Shown here: one piece after another, positions 38,900-52,676 of the stretch
Position numbering within the stretch: position 1 is the first letter of the stretch
Layout: each line of letters begins with the position of its first letter
Source: Octopus vulgaris
Lineage: Eukaryota
Length of the DNA: 64,000 bases
Assembly: GCA_951406725.2 (NCBI GenBank)
Contig: OX597828.1
Span: 21,142,001-21,206,000 of the forward strand
Reading direction: 5' to 3'
Position numbers and translations under genes: made by a program
The notes under the pieces: model-generated
The model's database searches: none
Told to the model about the DNA's origin: nothing
Seen by the model: the letters and a program-made list of their open reading frames with translations, nothing else

Positions 38900-39917
38900 G
38901 TTTTGTCTTAAATACATGCTGCCGAAATTGGGGCCTGTCTAATATACCCATGTGTCTTTTACGCAATCAAATACAGTATTTAATATTACCTTCAGAATAA
39001 GGAGTGGGGAAATATGGAGTCCAACGACTTATGTTAACAAGAAAGCTGATCAGTGCACAAGGGAGACAACTCTGGAATCAATTTTTTTTTTAATATTCGA
39101 ATAAGGCATGCAGTGAAACGACGAACGCATTAGTTTGAAAACTCTAGGACTGATATTAATTATATAGGATCTTTGAGGATGTGTAAGCGCGTAGCCTTGT
39201 GGTTAGGGTGTTGTACTCACGATAGTCAAATCTTGGGTTCGATTCCTGGACTGGATGGCGTGTTGTGTTCTTGAGCAAAAGACTTCATTTTACATTGCTC
39301 TAGTGCTGTGTGGGAACTGACATGTCAAAGAGTAAACTCAACGTTTCCACTGGGTGTCGTCAAAGGCGACTAAAAGATGTTGAGGCAGGATTTGCACTCC
39401 GACCTCGTAAAGCCCTCACCAGCAATGACTACCGAAACAGACCCATGGAGGGTTGGAGGGTTGTTGCTCGAATGGTGCACAGATCACATCTGCCATTAGT
39501 AGGGAATCAGTGATGTGTTGTTACAACTCATGCCCCGAGCCTATAACTACTTCTTCGACAGTCACAGGGGTGACAACACTAGTCATGTTTCAGGCTTATA
39601 AGACCTCCTCAGTGAAGCATAAATTTTGTGTAATACATGTTACAATTTAATGATAAAGCATCACAATATAAATGTACATGACATATAGATCAGAAGACAT
39701 GATAACTTAATGAGAGAGAGAGAGAGAGAAATTACCAAAGGTCCCCATTTGCATAAAACACAACAGTTAAGTGTTACCATAATTAATGAGCAAACAAATT
39801 TCAAAATATACACCTGTGCTCATTCTCATGCTCTATGTTTGTTGATTGCTTGAATACTTACTCAAGTCATCTCCCACTCTAATTACTTTTTATCTCTCCT
39901 GATATTTCTATTTACAG

Positions 39918-40028
39918 GTAATGCCATCCAAACAGTACAGGTGACTGAGAGTGTAAAGGTGGTTACTGTACGAGGTACTTCTTTCGACCCGGCTTCTACA
40001 GATGGTTCTGGTGCTGCTATTGAAAATG
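39918..40028 (+). CDS. ETFA: ETFA exon 6
   Basis: TACAG|(G)NAIQTVQVTESVKVVTVRGTSFDPASTDGSGAAIEN-G|GTATGT. Confidence 0.95.
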
Positions 40029-40766
40029 GTATGTGTGTATATGTATATATGTTATATTTAAAGTTTAGGTAGGAGACTTTAAGGTGTAGTAGCCAACCCT
40101 ATGGGTTTGTCCCTTGTGTATGTATATATATCATCATCATCATCATATATATCATCATCATCATCATCGTTTAATGTCCGTTTTCCATGTTGGCATGGGT
40201 TGGATGGTTCGACTGGGATCTGGGAAACCAGGAAGCTGCACCAGACTCCAGTCTGATCTGGCAGTGTTTCTACAGTTGGATGCCCTTCCTAACGCCAACC
40301 ACTCTTAGAGTGTAGTGGGTATTTTTATGTGCCGCCGGTACAGGGGCCAGAGGGGGCTGGTAACAACCACAATCGGTTGGTGCTTTTTACGTGCCAATGG
40401 CGTAAGGGCCAGAGGGGGCTGGCAACAACCACAGTCGGTTGGTGCTTTTTATGTGCCACCGGCATGGAAGCCTGTTGAGGCAGCGCTGGCATCAGCCACA
40501 TTCGGACGGTGCTTTTTACATGCCACTGGAGATCACAACTACAATTTCCATTTGATTTTGGTTTTGATGAACATGACTCAATAGGTCTCTTCATGCATGG
40601 CATGTCACCCTCTCTCTCTCTCTCTCTCTCTTTCACTTTCTTTCTTACTCTCTCTTTCACTATTCCTCTCTCTTTCACGCTCTCTCTCTCTTTCTCTCTG
40701 TCTCTGTTTGTCTGTCTGTCCCCCGCCTCTCTAAATATGTATTTATCATGTTTTTTTCTTTTCCAG

Positions 40767-40871
40767 TTCCTGATGCCACTGTTGAGAACTCTGTTTCCAA
40801 ATTTCAAGGCCAACAACTGTCAAAAAGTGACCGGCCTGAGCTGTCCAGTGCCAGTATTGTTATATCTGGAG
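40767..40871 (+). CDS. ETFA: ETFA exon 7
   Basis: TTCCAG|(V)PDATVENSVSKFQGQQLSKSDRPELSSASIVISG-G|GTCAGT. Confidence 0.95.
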
Positions 40872-41914
40872 GTCAGTACCTATTTCCGTCAAATTCACAC
40901 CAGTTGAGTCATTGACTGAACCTCTAGCAGACTGCACCACCTGATCTATTAGAAATAACCAAACCACCGTCAAATCACTTCCTACTAGCACAAAATGAAG
41001 TCAACTTTACCTGTCATTCCTTTTGGGGGGTCAATAAAATAAGTTGAGGACTGGGGTTGATGTAACCCCAGTGCAGTCCTATCAGTCATACACTGGTTTC
41101 AGCAAACCTAAGAGCTTGTTGAAACTAGTGTGAGTGATAAGACTGAGGAGGAGTATTTTCCTCATCAGCTTAAGAACTCATTGATTTTTACAAGAGTGTT
41201 CTCTCATGCATGTATCTCTAAATCAGGTAATAACAGGTGAGAGAAAGCACTAATCCTAGGTAGCCTTGATCTGTGGGATCTCTTTATTAAATCTTGGTAA
41301 ATCTCTTCTTATTTTTTTGGACTTTCACAAGCATGTCTCAAAGCGGCGAGCTGGCAGAAACGTTAGCACGCTAGGCAAAATGCTTAGCAGTATTTCGTCT
41401 GCCGCTATGTTCTGAGTTCAAATTCTGTGTTCAAATTCTGCCGAGGTCGACTTTGCCTTTCATCCTTTCGGGGTCAATTAAATAAATACCAGTCACTCAC
41501 TGGGGTCGATATAATCGACTTAATCTGTTTGTCTGTCCTTGTTTGTCCCCTCTGTGTATAGCCCCCTGTGGGCAATAAAGAAATAGGAAACGTTAGCATG
41601 CCGGGCGAAATGCTTAGCGGTATTTTATCTGTTGCTATGTTCTGAGTTCAAATTCTGCTGAGGTCAACTTTACCTTTCATCCTTTTGGGGTTGATGAATT
41701 AAGTACCATTTGTATACTGGGGTCGATCTAATCGACTGGCCCCCTCCCCCCAAATTTCACGCCTTGTGCCTAGAGTAGAAAAGATTATGCGCATGACTGT
41801 AAATTTCACATTGGAGTCTGTTTCCATAGCAACAAGCAATGCTGTAATCTGTTCTGTTTTCATTGTTATGCGGATGCTGTATGTGCATTACTGTAATACT
41901 TACACCACTGCAAG

Positions 41915-42290
41915 TGGAGGCGCAATGGCCCAGTGGTTAGGGCAGCGGACTCGCGGTCGTAGGATCGCGGTTTCGATTCCCAGACCGGGCGTTGTGAGTG
42001 TTTATTGAGCGAAAACACCTAAAAGCTCCACGAGGCTCCGGCAGGGGATGGTGGTTATCCCTGCTGTACTCTTTCACCACAACTTTCTCTTACTTCCTGT
42101 TTCTGTTGTACCTGTATTTCAAGGAGCTGGCCTTGTCACTCTCTGTGTCACGCTGAATATCCCTGAGAACTACGTTAAGGGTACACATGTCTGTGGAGTG
42201 CTCAGCCACTTACACGTTAATCTCACGAGCAGGCTGTTCCGTTGATCGGATCAACCGGAACTTCATCGTCGGAACCGACGGAGTGCTTTC
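41915..42290 (+). mobile_element. tRNA-derived SINE, family D
   Basis: Head GGAGGCGCAATGGCCCAGTGGTTAGG...GTTTCGATTCCC; the 3' part is also present at 35806-35930 and 54470-54640(-). Confidence 0.8.
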
Positions 42291-42547
42291 ATCCATCCAC
42301 ACCACTCCAACCACCACAGCCACCACCACCAGTTTTGATGAGTAATTTTTGACAGACAGCTATCATGCAGCAAATGCCGATTTTCAATTCCTGTTCTTTG
42401 ATCAGCTAAAATTTATCATACTTTGAACCTCTTACATTTCCCTAAATTTTTTTTTCTGGAGTAAATGATTGTGACAGCAACCAAAAAGATCCATGTTTAC
42501 CAATGAAAGAACTTAATACAAGTCATAGTTAAATTTATGATTTTTTT

Positions 42548-43282
42548 GAGGAGTTTGCTGAAAAGTTCCTGGCTTTAAGGGCATCACAAAAGGCCTGGTT
42601 CGAGGCTCAACCTTCTGAGTTCTTTTATGTGGCTTACAAAAACTGAAGGATCGCTGCAGTAAGCATGTGAATCTGAGAGGAGAATATCTATATATATAAA
42701 ACTGTAGTTGTGTGAGTGTCTGTCTCCTACGATTTAGATTCCTAACTCCTCCCACATTTTGCGGTGCAGTTTAACCAAATTCGGGTATCTTATAGTCGTG
42801 ATTAATATCGAGCCCGTCTGGCTATTAGCGCGCATCTACGATGAGTCTACGATTTTAAAAATAATTTAACATCATTTTTTATTCCATTTTAATGCATAAT
42901 TTTTCGTGTGTCGATGGCGGCGGAGTTGGTGTCCACGCTCAAACACCTGCACCTGTGTTTGCTTCTCCCCCTTCTTCCCTCCCTCGTGAAGCTGTGGGGA
43001 AAGGAGTTTAAGGAAATCAACGTCATAATGCGTTGTCAAGGAGACCAGCGTTCTTTTAGAACAACGACTTCATGGCTTGAAGACACCAAAACAAAAATGG
43101 CTAATAAAGCCCGAATTGGCATCTATAAAGGAAGTAACTCTCTAAAAATGCTTATATAGTTATTTCCCTTACAAACCCGAGCAACGCCGGGCGATACTGC
43201 TAGTGTTGAATAAAACCATAATCAACTGATCCTCCTGTATTATCTTTTACCCAAAGCCACGATCTTCCCAGCATCCCCTCAT
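42548..43282. mobile_element. Tc1/mariner-type MITE hosting a Helitron
   Basis: TIRs TGAGGAGTTTGCTGAAAAGTTCCTGGCTTT / AAAGCCACGATCTTCCCAGCATCCCCTCA; a related end lies at about 44677-44743. Confidence 0.7.
42687..43203 (+). mobile_element. Non-autonomous Helitron
   Basis: 5' TC, a 3' hairpin CCCGAGCAACGCCGGG then CTAG, inserted between A and T with no TSD. Confidence 0.88.
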
Positions 43283-43341
43283 ATATATATATACAGACAG
43301 GCACACACACAATATATACATACATATTACATATACATATA

Positions 43342-43844
43342 CCGTAAATCCTCGAGTATGGTCCGCCCTTGAGTATAATACGCAGGGGATTTTTAGGGGG
43401 CTGTACCTCTGAAAAACCTAAACCTTGTGTATAATACGCACCCCTTCTCTAACTTGAGTCAAGGAGGTCTATATAACGTCCTTGGTTTGTAAAACTGTAT
43501 ATGGTAACGTCCTTTATTATTATTGTATAAATAACATAATGCAAACGTGTAGCTTTTTTGTGCATTTTGTTTGCAGAAAATGAAGAAATAACATTTAATA
43601 AATGTTGCTTACTGCAAGTTATGGATGATTCTTTTATGACTTCTTTGCTTTCAGGCTTAGCTTAAGGTATTTTCATGCCCGACATCAGAAAATGCGTCTG
43701 AATAAACATTGCCGGACAGCAAATAGAGACTCGGACATTGCTTAGAAAATAATTTTCATTTGAAACCTCATATATAGTACACACTAGGGATTTTGACCTT
43801 TAAATTTTGGGGAAAAAATGCGGATTGTACTCGAGGATTTATGG
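43342..43844. mobile_element. pogo/Tigger-like MITE
   Basis: TA-CCGTAAATCCTCGAGTA...TACTCGAGGATTTATGG-TA. Confidence 0.85.
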
Positions 43845-43955
43845 TATATATGTATATATTGCATGTTTTATACACACAGGTATTATATAGATGTATGCGC
43901 CCTCACATAGATTGTTTCCATTTAAATGATTGTGTGTATGTATGTTTCTATTCAG

Positions 43956-44107
43956 GACGTGGAATGAAGAGCGGAGACAACTTCAAGCTCCTTTATGATC
44001 TTGCTGATAAAATGAATGCAGCTGTTGGTGCATCTCGTGCTGCAGTTGATGCTGGTTTTGTCCCTAATGATCTTCAGGTTGGGCAGACAGGCAAGATTGT
44101 GGCACCG
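43956..44107 (+). CDS. ETFA: ETFA exon 8
   Basis: TTCAG|(G)[50 protein letters not shown]|GTAAGT, part of the FAD-binding domain. Confidence 0.98.
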
Positions 44108-45985
44108 GTAAGTTTTGCTTTGGCTTTTTTGTTTTTGCACCTGAAATTCCAGGTGCTGTCCCTCTCTTTCTTCTCTTTCTCTATCTATCCATCCATCCAT
44201 CTATCCATCCTTCCTTCCTCATTTAATCTCCATTGTCCATGCTGGCATGGGTTGGACAGTTTGACCAGAACTGAAGAGCTGCATGATTTGGCTTGATTTC
44301 TACGGCTGGATGCCCTTCCTAGCACCAACCTCTTTATAGAGTGTGCTGACCACTTTCACATGGCACCACATGCGTGCTTTTGTGTGGCACCATGCAGGTG
44401 TTTTCACTTGGCACTGTCATGTGTGCTTTTCACCACCAGAGGGACTAGTCTTAACACTTCTGCTGTGGGGTATGGATCTTCTTGAGTACAGCAAGGTACC
44501 AGGCATCTTGATTCTTATATGTATACATATATGTGAAGGCACGTGGCTTAGTGGTTAGGGCATTCAGCTTATGGTCTTAAGGTCATGAGTTCAATTCCCA
44601 GCGACGCGTTGTGTCCTTGAGCAAGACACTTTATTTCACGTTGCTCCAGTCTACTCAGCTGGTAAAAATGAGTATCACAAAAGGCCTCCAACTAGGCCTT
44701 TTGTGATACCGTTAAAACCAGGAACTTTTCAACACCCCCTCATACATGTAAATATATATAAAATATAAAGAGAAACAAAAGCTGAAAATATCCGGAAGAT
44801 GAACATTCATGTTTAAGCATTGAGGTATTTATAGAGTAGATTTACATGGAGTACAAATAATAGAGAAAACTAAGGGGAAAAGGCATGATATTTCAGGTCC
44901 GACAGCTGTTTCTGGGAATTTGGAATTATGTAATAGTTGTAATAATGGCAGATGGAGTGTGCAAAATCTCAAGAATATGTAACCAGTTGCAGATGCATAT
45001 AAATGCTAGTGTAAATCTGGCTTCTGTTATCAGAGTGGAGAGGTTGGCATCTAACTTTTCCTGTTCATAATGTGGTGGAGGGATTTAAGGTTAAAATGAG
45101 TGAAGAAGGTAAATAGAAATTGGTTGGTGGAAGTAGGCAGTTCAAGGGAGCAAAGGAGTGCTGAAAGAAAAGAAGGGCAAGAAGAGAGAAGAGAGGCAGA
45201 GCAGGGAGAGGATGGGGTTGAGTGACCAAGGGATTAAGAGATGTAGTAGTGGTGGTGAGTAATGTGAAGGGTGGTGGTGGTGTTGGGTTTGACAAAATGT
45301 TATTAATCAGGGATGGTGGAGCCCATGGAACTGAGTAGTGGTTATCATGAGAGAAGGGACCCAGTTATAGATGCCTGATTTGAACAACAATGACAGATAT
45401 CAATATTTACTGTTATTTCAGCTGATTGCTGCCATAAATGCCTATGTGTATGTATGTATGCATGCATGTGTGTGTGTGTATGTGTATATATACATACACA
45501 TACATACATACATACATACATATATACACACACATATACACACATATACATATACACAGATACACACACATACATATACATGCACATACATATACACACA
45601 TACACATATACATACATAGATATGCACACATACATATACGTACATCATCATCATCATCGTTTAACGTCCGCTGATGATGATGTGTGTATATATATGTATA
45701 TGTATGTGTGCATATCTATGTATATGTGTATATATATGTATGTGTGTATGTATGTGTGTGTATATCAGTGTATATGTGTGTATGTATATGTATGCACACA
45801 TACATATACACAGATACACACACATATACATATGCACACATACATAACACACACACATACACATGTACATATACAGAGATATGCACACATATACATACAT
45901 ATACACACACACATGCATAGATATGCATACACACACATATATACACACTCATTTATGCATTTATACATACATGTCAAGTTCATTG

Positions 45986-46023
<38 letters not shown>

Positions 46024-47354
46024 ATGACTCACACATTCACATCTAAACACAAAAGAAATGTTTTTTATTTTTTTCTGTTTTTGTTGTTTTTGTTAGGTTT
46101 TTTGATTCCAAGCTTTTATTACTACTTATATATTGTGTATATTGTCACACAGACCTCCTCCCTCTCCACACACACACACACACACAGAATGGCTTTACTG
46201 TGCCAAGACACACCATTTAGGAATGAAGGTTCTTAATAGTTTGTAGTGAGTCAGTCTTATCACATCTTCTGCCAAAATGGATCCTACACCTCCACCTCCG
46301 TCCCCTTACTGCATTTCAAAGAGAAGTAGCTGACTGTATGCTTTCGCCTCTTCATAACTGGCAGAAACGAGGCTTCTGCGTGACCACTGGACATGCTAGA
46401 AATATCAGCTACCTCAGATCTACCTCAAACCACACTCCAGGTATTTGAAGTTGATTTGGCTGATATTTCTAGCATGAGATAGTGTAAATCTAGTTAGCCT
46501 CCTCCCCCCCTCCTCCTCCACCCCCTTACATTCTGAGATTGGAAAAGCCCCTGTTCAGCATGGGTCTATGAAATCAACTATCCTCTACCTCCCAAATTTA
46601 AGGCCTTGTGTCTGTCAATAATAATAATATTTATAGTAGTTAATGATAATATTTATAGTCGTAGGAATGGCTGTGTGGTAAGTAGCTTGCTTACCAACCA
46701 CATGTTTCTGGGTTCAGTCCTACTGCGTGGCACCTTGGGCAAGTGTCTTCTACTACAGCCTTGGGCCGACCAAAGCCTTGTAAGTGGATTTGGTAGATGG
46801 AAACTGAAAGAAGCCCATCATATATATGTGTGTGTGTATATATATATGTACGTGTGTGTGTATATGTTTGTGTGTCTGTGTTTGCACCCCCCCCCCCCCC
46901 AACATCGCTTGACAACCGATGTTGGTGTGTTTATGTCCCCGTAAGTTAGCAGTTCAGCAAAAGAGACTAATAGAATAAGTACTAGGCTTACAAAGAATAA
47001 GTCCTGGAGTTGATTTGCTTGACTAAACGCGGTGCTTCAGCATGGCCACAGTCAAATGACTGAAACAAGTAAAAGTGTAAAATAGTAAAAGAATAATAAT
47101 AATAAGCGATGTTGGGGGGGGGGGGGACAAACACAGACACAGAAACACACACACACACACACACATACATATATATTTATACATATATACGACAAGCTTC
47201 TTTCAGTTTCCGTCTTCCAAGTCCACTCGCAAGGCTTTGGTCGGCCCGAGGCTATAGTAGAAAACACTTGCTCCCAAAGTGCCATGAAGTGGGACTGAAC
47301 CCGAAACCATGTGGTTCGTAAGCAAGCTACTTACCACGCAGCCACTCCTACACC

Positions 47355-47399
<45 letters not shown>

Positions 47400-47953
47400 C
47401 TCCTTCTCCTCATCTCCCAACTACCAACGTACCATCTGTAACCTTTTATTTGTGATTAAATTCTGCCAAAGTTTGCTGAATGGAATTTAAATAATTCTTC
47501 ATGTCAATATTTCTGTGTGTGTATGTGTATGTGTGTGTGTGTGTTTGAGTATGTTTGTGTGTGAGAGACTGCTGTTGTTGTTATTGTTATTTTCATTGTT
47601 TTTCTTTTACTTTTTTGTTGTTGTTGTTGTTGTATTTTTCTGTTATTATGTCAAGCAAGTCTTGTGGTTTAGTTTCGTCTCATGAATGACAGGTTGTGTG
47701 TGTGTGTGTGTGTATGTGAGAGATTGATTATATGTATGCAACCGTGTGTGTGTGTATGTGTGTGATGTGTGATTGTGTATGTGATTGCAAGTGCATTTTG
47801 GCATATGACTGTATGTGTGTCTGTGTGTGCATAAATGAATACGTGTGTTTGTGTGTGCGCACGTATTTGTGTGTGTGTGTGCATATATGTGTCTATGACT
47901 GTGCTAGTGACTGCATGTGTGTGTATATGTGTATGTAGCTGTATTGGTGACTG

Positions 47954-47986
<33 letters not shown>

Positions 47987-48168
47987 CTCTGTGTGAGTGA
48001 GAGAGAAAGAGAAAGAGACTCCCTGTGTGTGTGCATGCATATATGTATATATACAACTGTATTGGTGACCAAGTGTGAATATATATGTATGTGTGTATAT
48101 ATATGTATGTACATATATATATATATATTCATGTGTGTGTGTATGTATATATGTGTGTGTATGTACAC

Positions 48169-48204
<36 letters not shown>

Positions 48205-48583
48205 GTGTGTGTGTGAGACAGTGTATATATGTGTTAATGTGTATGTAATAGATTATTTTGTAGTTTTTACAGTGTCTTCAGTTATTCTAAAGAATGTGTG
48301 TTTAGGCTCATCGGTGTGTGTGTGTGTGGCCCGAGGGCAGCACATGTCCAACAGACCCATGGCGCCAAGGTAGTCTGCCAAAAGATTAAACTCTGAGATT
48401 TCTATGTATGCATGTGTGTAGGGTTCATGTGAGTGGCCTGTGTGGGACGATGTATGTGTGTGTGTATGTGGTATTTGTATGTATGTGTGTGTGTATTTGT
48501 GTGTGATGTTTGTGTATGTTTATGATATGTGTGTTTGTGCGAGTGTGTGGTATTTGTGTGTGTGTATATGTGTATCATATCTA

Positions 48584-48633
<50 letters not shown>

Positions 48634-48804
48634 GTGTGTGTGTATGTGTGTGATATGCATGTTATGTGATATCTATGTGCAATATGCATGTGTATGTATA
48701 TATTTAAGTATTACTGATGTATTTGTGTGTGTGTATGTGTGTCTGTTTGATATGTACAAATGTACAACTACCTGTGTGTATGTTGTATATTATAAAATGT
48801 ATCT

Positions 48805-48843
<39 letters not shown>

Positions 48844-49340
48844 GCTGTGTGGTAAGAAGCTAGCTTCCCAACCACATGGATCAGGGTTCAGTCCCATTGT
48901 GCGGCACCTTGGGCACCTTCTATCATAGCCTCAGGCCAACTAAGGCCTTGTGAGTGGGTTTTGTGGACAGAAACTGAAATAAGCTCATTGTATATATATA
49001 TATCATCATCATCATCATCATTTAGCGTCCGTTTTCCATGCTAGCATGGGTTGGACGGTTCAACTGGGGTCTGTGAAGCTGGAAGGCTTCATCAGGCCCA
49101 GTCAGATCTGGCAGTGTTTCTACGGCTGGATGCCCTTCCTAACGCCAACCACTCCGTGAGTGTAGTGGGTGCTTTTTACGTGCCACCGGCACAGGTGCCA
49201 GACAGAGCTGGCAAACGGCCACGAACGGATGGTGCTTTTACGTGTCACCGGCACGGGGGCCAGACAGAGCTGGCAAACGGCCACGAAACGGATGGTGCTT
49301 TTACGTGTCACCGGCACGGGGGCCAGGCGAGGCTGGCAAC

Positions 49341-49381
<41 letters not shown>

Positions 49382-50451
49382 GTGTGTGTTTGTCACCCCC
49401 CTCACCATAACTTGAAAACTGAGTAGACTCAGTGCTTTTTAAATCTCGGGGTCAATTTGTTCAACTAAAACTCCTTCAAGGTGGTGCTCCCTCATGGCAT
49501 CCACCAAAGGATTGAAAACAAGTAAAAGAATAAAAGAATATATGTATGTTGTTTTTATGTTTGTTTATATGTGTATGTATGTGTGTATGTATGTATATGT
49601 GAATTTCTTTGTGTATGTATGTATGAATATTATTGTTTATGTGTGTGTGTGCGTGTATCATTGTTTGTATACGTATGTTTTCTTGTGTGTGTGTGATATC
49701 GTTTGTATGTATGTATATATATACATATATCTTGTTTGCATGTATGTGTGTATGTGGTTATATTCACAATGTGGTGTTGCTCCCAATAGCTTTATGGCTA
49801 ATTCCTCTCTTCTCCTGCCTTGCATTTAAAAGGATACGTATGACAGCCAAGACATTCTAATCTCAACCTATTTAGGTCTCATTAACCTTCAGAGCATCTT
49901 TGAGTGCTTGTCTTTCTGACTGTCTTTTTTTCTTTGTCATTTGTCTGAGCCCCACATAAAAAGATGCACACACCCCCAGCTCTGAAATCAACTCAACTAC
50001 TCTCACAAATGAGAATACTAAAAATGAACCCGACCGGTCTCAAAATTTAAGTAAAAAAAAACACAGGAAAAATAATCCAGAATCCTTGACCGGTACCGGA
50101 TCAATCCCCAAATCTAATCAGTTTTAATATGGTTACCCAGCCAGAGAGAGAGAGAGAAAGAAAGAAAGGAAGGTTGTGTGTGTTTGTCCTACAGTTGACA
50201 ACTGGTGTTGGTTTGTTCCATGTCCCTATGCATTAGCAGTTTAGCAAAAGGGACAGTTTGAATAAGCACCAGGCTCCAGAAAAAATAAGTCTATGGTTGA
50301 TTTGTTCAACTAAACCCTTCGTGGCTGTGCCCCAGCATGGCCACAGTCCAATGACTGAAGCAAGTAAAAAATGAATTTAAAAAATAGAAAAAAAAAAAGA
50401 TAGACATATTTTATACCACATAACAAATCTCCCTGTTTTATCGTTTTCCAG

Positions 50452-50598
50452 GACCTTTATATGGCTGTTGGTATATCCGGTGCAATCCAGCATTTAGCTG
50501 GCATGAAAGACAGTAAGATTATTGTCGCTATCAATAAGGATCCAGACGCTCCTATCTTTCAAGTTGCGGATTATGGATTAGTGATGGACTTATTCAAG
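50452..50598 (+). CDS. ETFA: ETFA exon 9
   Basis: CCAG|[49 protein letters not shown]|GTATGT, the ETF-alpha signature. Confidence 0.98.
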
Positions 50599-50702
50599 GT
50601 ATGTAACACTGTTAATTCATTACAACACACTGTGCTATTTTTGGATAGTGACTGGATTTAGGAGCTGGAAGCTGAAAGAACCTGTTGAATGTGTGTGTGC
50701 AC

Positions 50703-50736
<34 letters not shown>

Positions 50737-50779
50737 GCTAGCATGGAGAACAGACGTTAAACGATGATGATGATGATGA

Positions 50780-50831
<52 letters not shown>

Positions 50832-51059
50832 ATGTATATAGGGAGGATTTACAACCGTGTTTCGTGGTCTGCTACCACAACAGCTCCTTTATAGGATCCA
50901 GTTAGCTCAAGACATCATCAGGAGGAAAAACGTCCGGTTTCGGCCCCTACTCCTCTACCGTTTTGACGTGGCGGGGCTCTCACTTTCGGAGGTGTCTTCA
51001 GCTCTGGTGTTGGGTGCATGTCTTCTTTCTTCTTCTTTCTTCTGTTCCCTGGCCTCTTC

Positions 51060-51099
<40 letters not shown>

Positions 51100-51295
51100 A
51101 CGGGCTTCTTTCAGTTTCTGTCTTCCAAATCCACTCACAAGGCTTTCGTCGGCCCGAGGCTATAGTAGAAAACACTTGCCAAGGTGCCATGAAGTGGGAC
51201 TGAACCCAGAACAATGTGGTTGGTAAGCAAGCTACTTACCACACAGCCACTCCTGCACCTGTTCACTAACTCTGTCTTTTCTCTATTATTTCCAG

Positions 51296-51334
51296 GCTGT
51301 TCCTGAGATGACAAACCTTATCAAGAGTTCCTGA
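51296..51334 (+). CDS. ETFA: ETFA exon 10 (last coding exon)
   Basis: TCCAG|AVPEMTNLIKSS-TGA. Total CDS is 1017 nt (338 aa) with consistent exon phases. Confidence 0.93.
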   Translation, partial: AVPEMTNLIKSS

Positions 51335-51755
51335 TGTTCTCACACTGTGTGACCTAGTGATCAGGTGATGGTGTAACACAGAACATTGGCTGGTTTGGTC
51401 TGACCAGATGTAACGTGGAGACACTTGATTATAGTAACCACACACACACACACACATTTATAAAATAAATTCACACACACACATAGGCATACATTAATCT
51501 CTAAGGACACACATACATTTACTTACACTGTTTAATACAAACACACACAGACACACACGTATATACAGTCTGGTATACACACATACTCTCTAGCATATGC
51601 TTCTGAGACTGCTACACACATACAAAACAGTGTCATACATACGCATACTACATGCACACAAATGTATATATGTATACACACACACACACACACACATATA
51701 TACATACTGACTTAAATATACACATATACAGTTATGTAAATGTTCTTTACTGATG

Positions 51756-51761
51756 AATAAA
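51756..51761 (+). terminator. Candidate ETFA polyadenylation signal
   Basis: AATAAA followed by a GT/T-rich tract; an alternative AATAAA lies near 51464. Confidence 0.55.
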
Positions 51762-51907
51762 CAAAGTTGTGATAATTTTATTTACATTTTGTAGTTTGTC
51801 TTTATTGTTTTCATGTTGTTTTGCAGTTGTTTTTCTTAAATTATGAATGAAGCTAACAAGTGTTCTTGTGCTCATTTAATGTGTGTACATGTGTATATAT
51901 GTATGTG

Positions 51908-51946
<39 letters not shown>

Positions 51947-52032
51947 GTACCCATATATGCATGTATATATACATATAGATGTAGGTATGTACATATATGT
52001 ATGTATATATGCATATGTTTATATATTATTTA

Positions 52033-52069
<37 letters not shown>

Positions 52070-52334
52070 ATATATATATATATAGGCAGAATGAGGTACT
52101 TTTATCTGTTGGCTGAAACAGCTGTAAGTTATTTTACCAATTTATATTTGTTTTTTATAATAATTACTCGTATCCTTATATATCACTATATTTTATATCT
52201 TATATGCAAAGAATAATATGCTATATGTATGTATGTATGTTATTATAATTATCAATTTAATAAATAAATAAGTTAACATTTTAATGTCCAAAAGTTGATG
52301 AACCACCTATTGTTCTCCTCTATTTTCTTATTTG

Positions 52335-52380
<46 letters not shown>

Positions 52381-52627
52381 TTTTGTTTCCTTCTCTTGAC
52401 ATTGTCTCATAGTTGTAAATGAGTGTCACCGTCATACAAGTGGTGTTCCTGATTATCAATTTGTTGTGAAAAAATCTCTGGTCATGAGGAAATATTACCT
52501 TGCTTGGAAAGAGATGAGAGTTGGTGACAGGAAGGGCATCCATCCAGCTGTAGAGAATCTGTCTCATCGTATTCCATCAGACTCATGCAAGTTTTGAAAA
52601 GTAGACATAACAACGGGGATAATCATG

Positions 52628-52676
<49 letters not shown>

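Noticed and set aside
41915-41990. Possible tRNA gene
   Set aside because: It has A/B boxes but no proper acceptor stem and continues into a SINE body.
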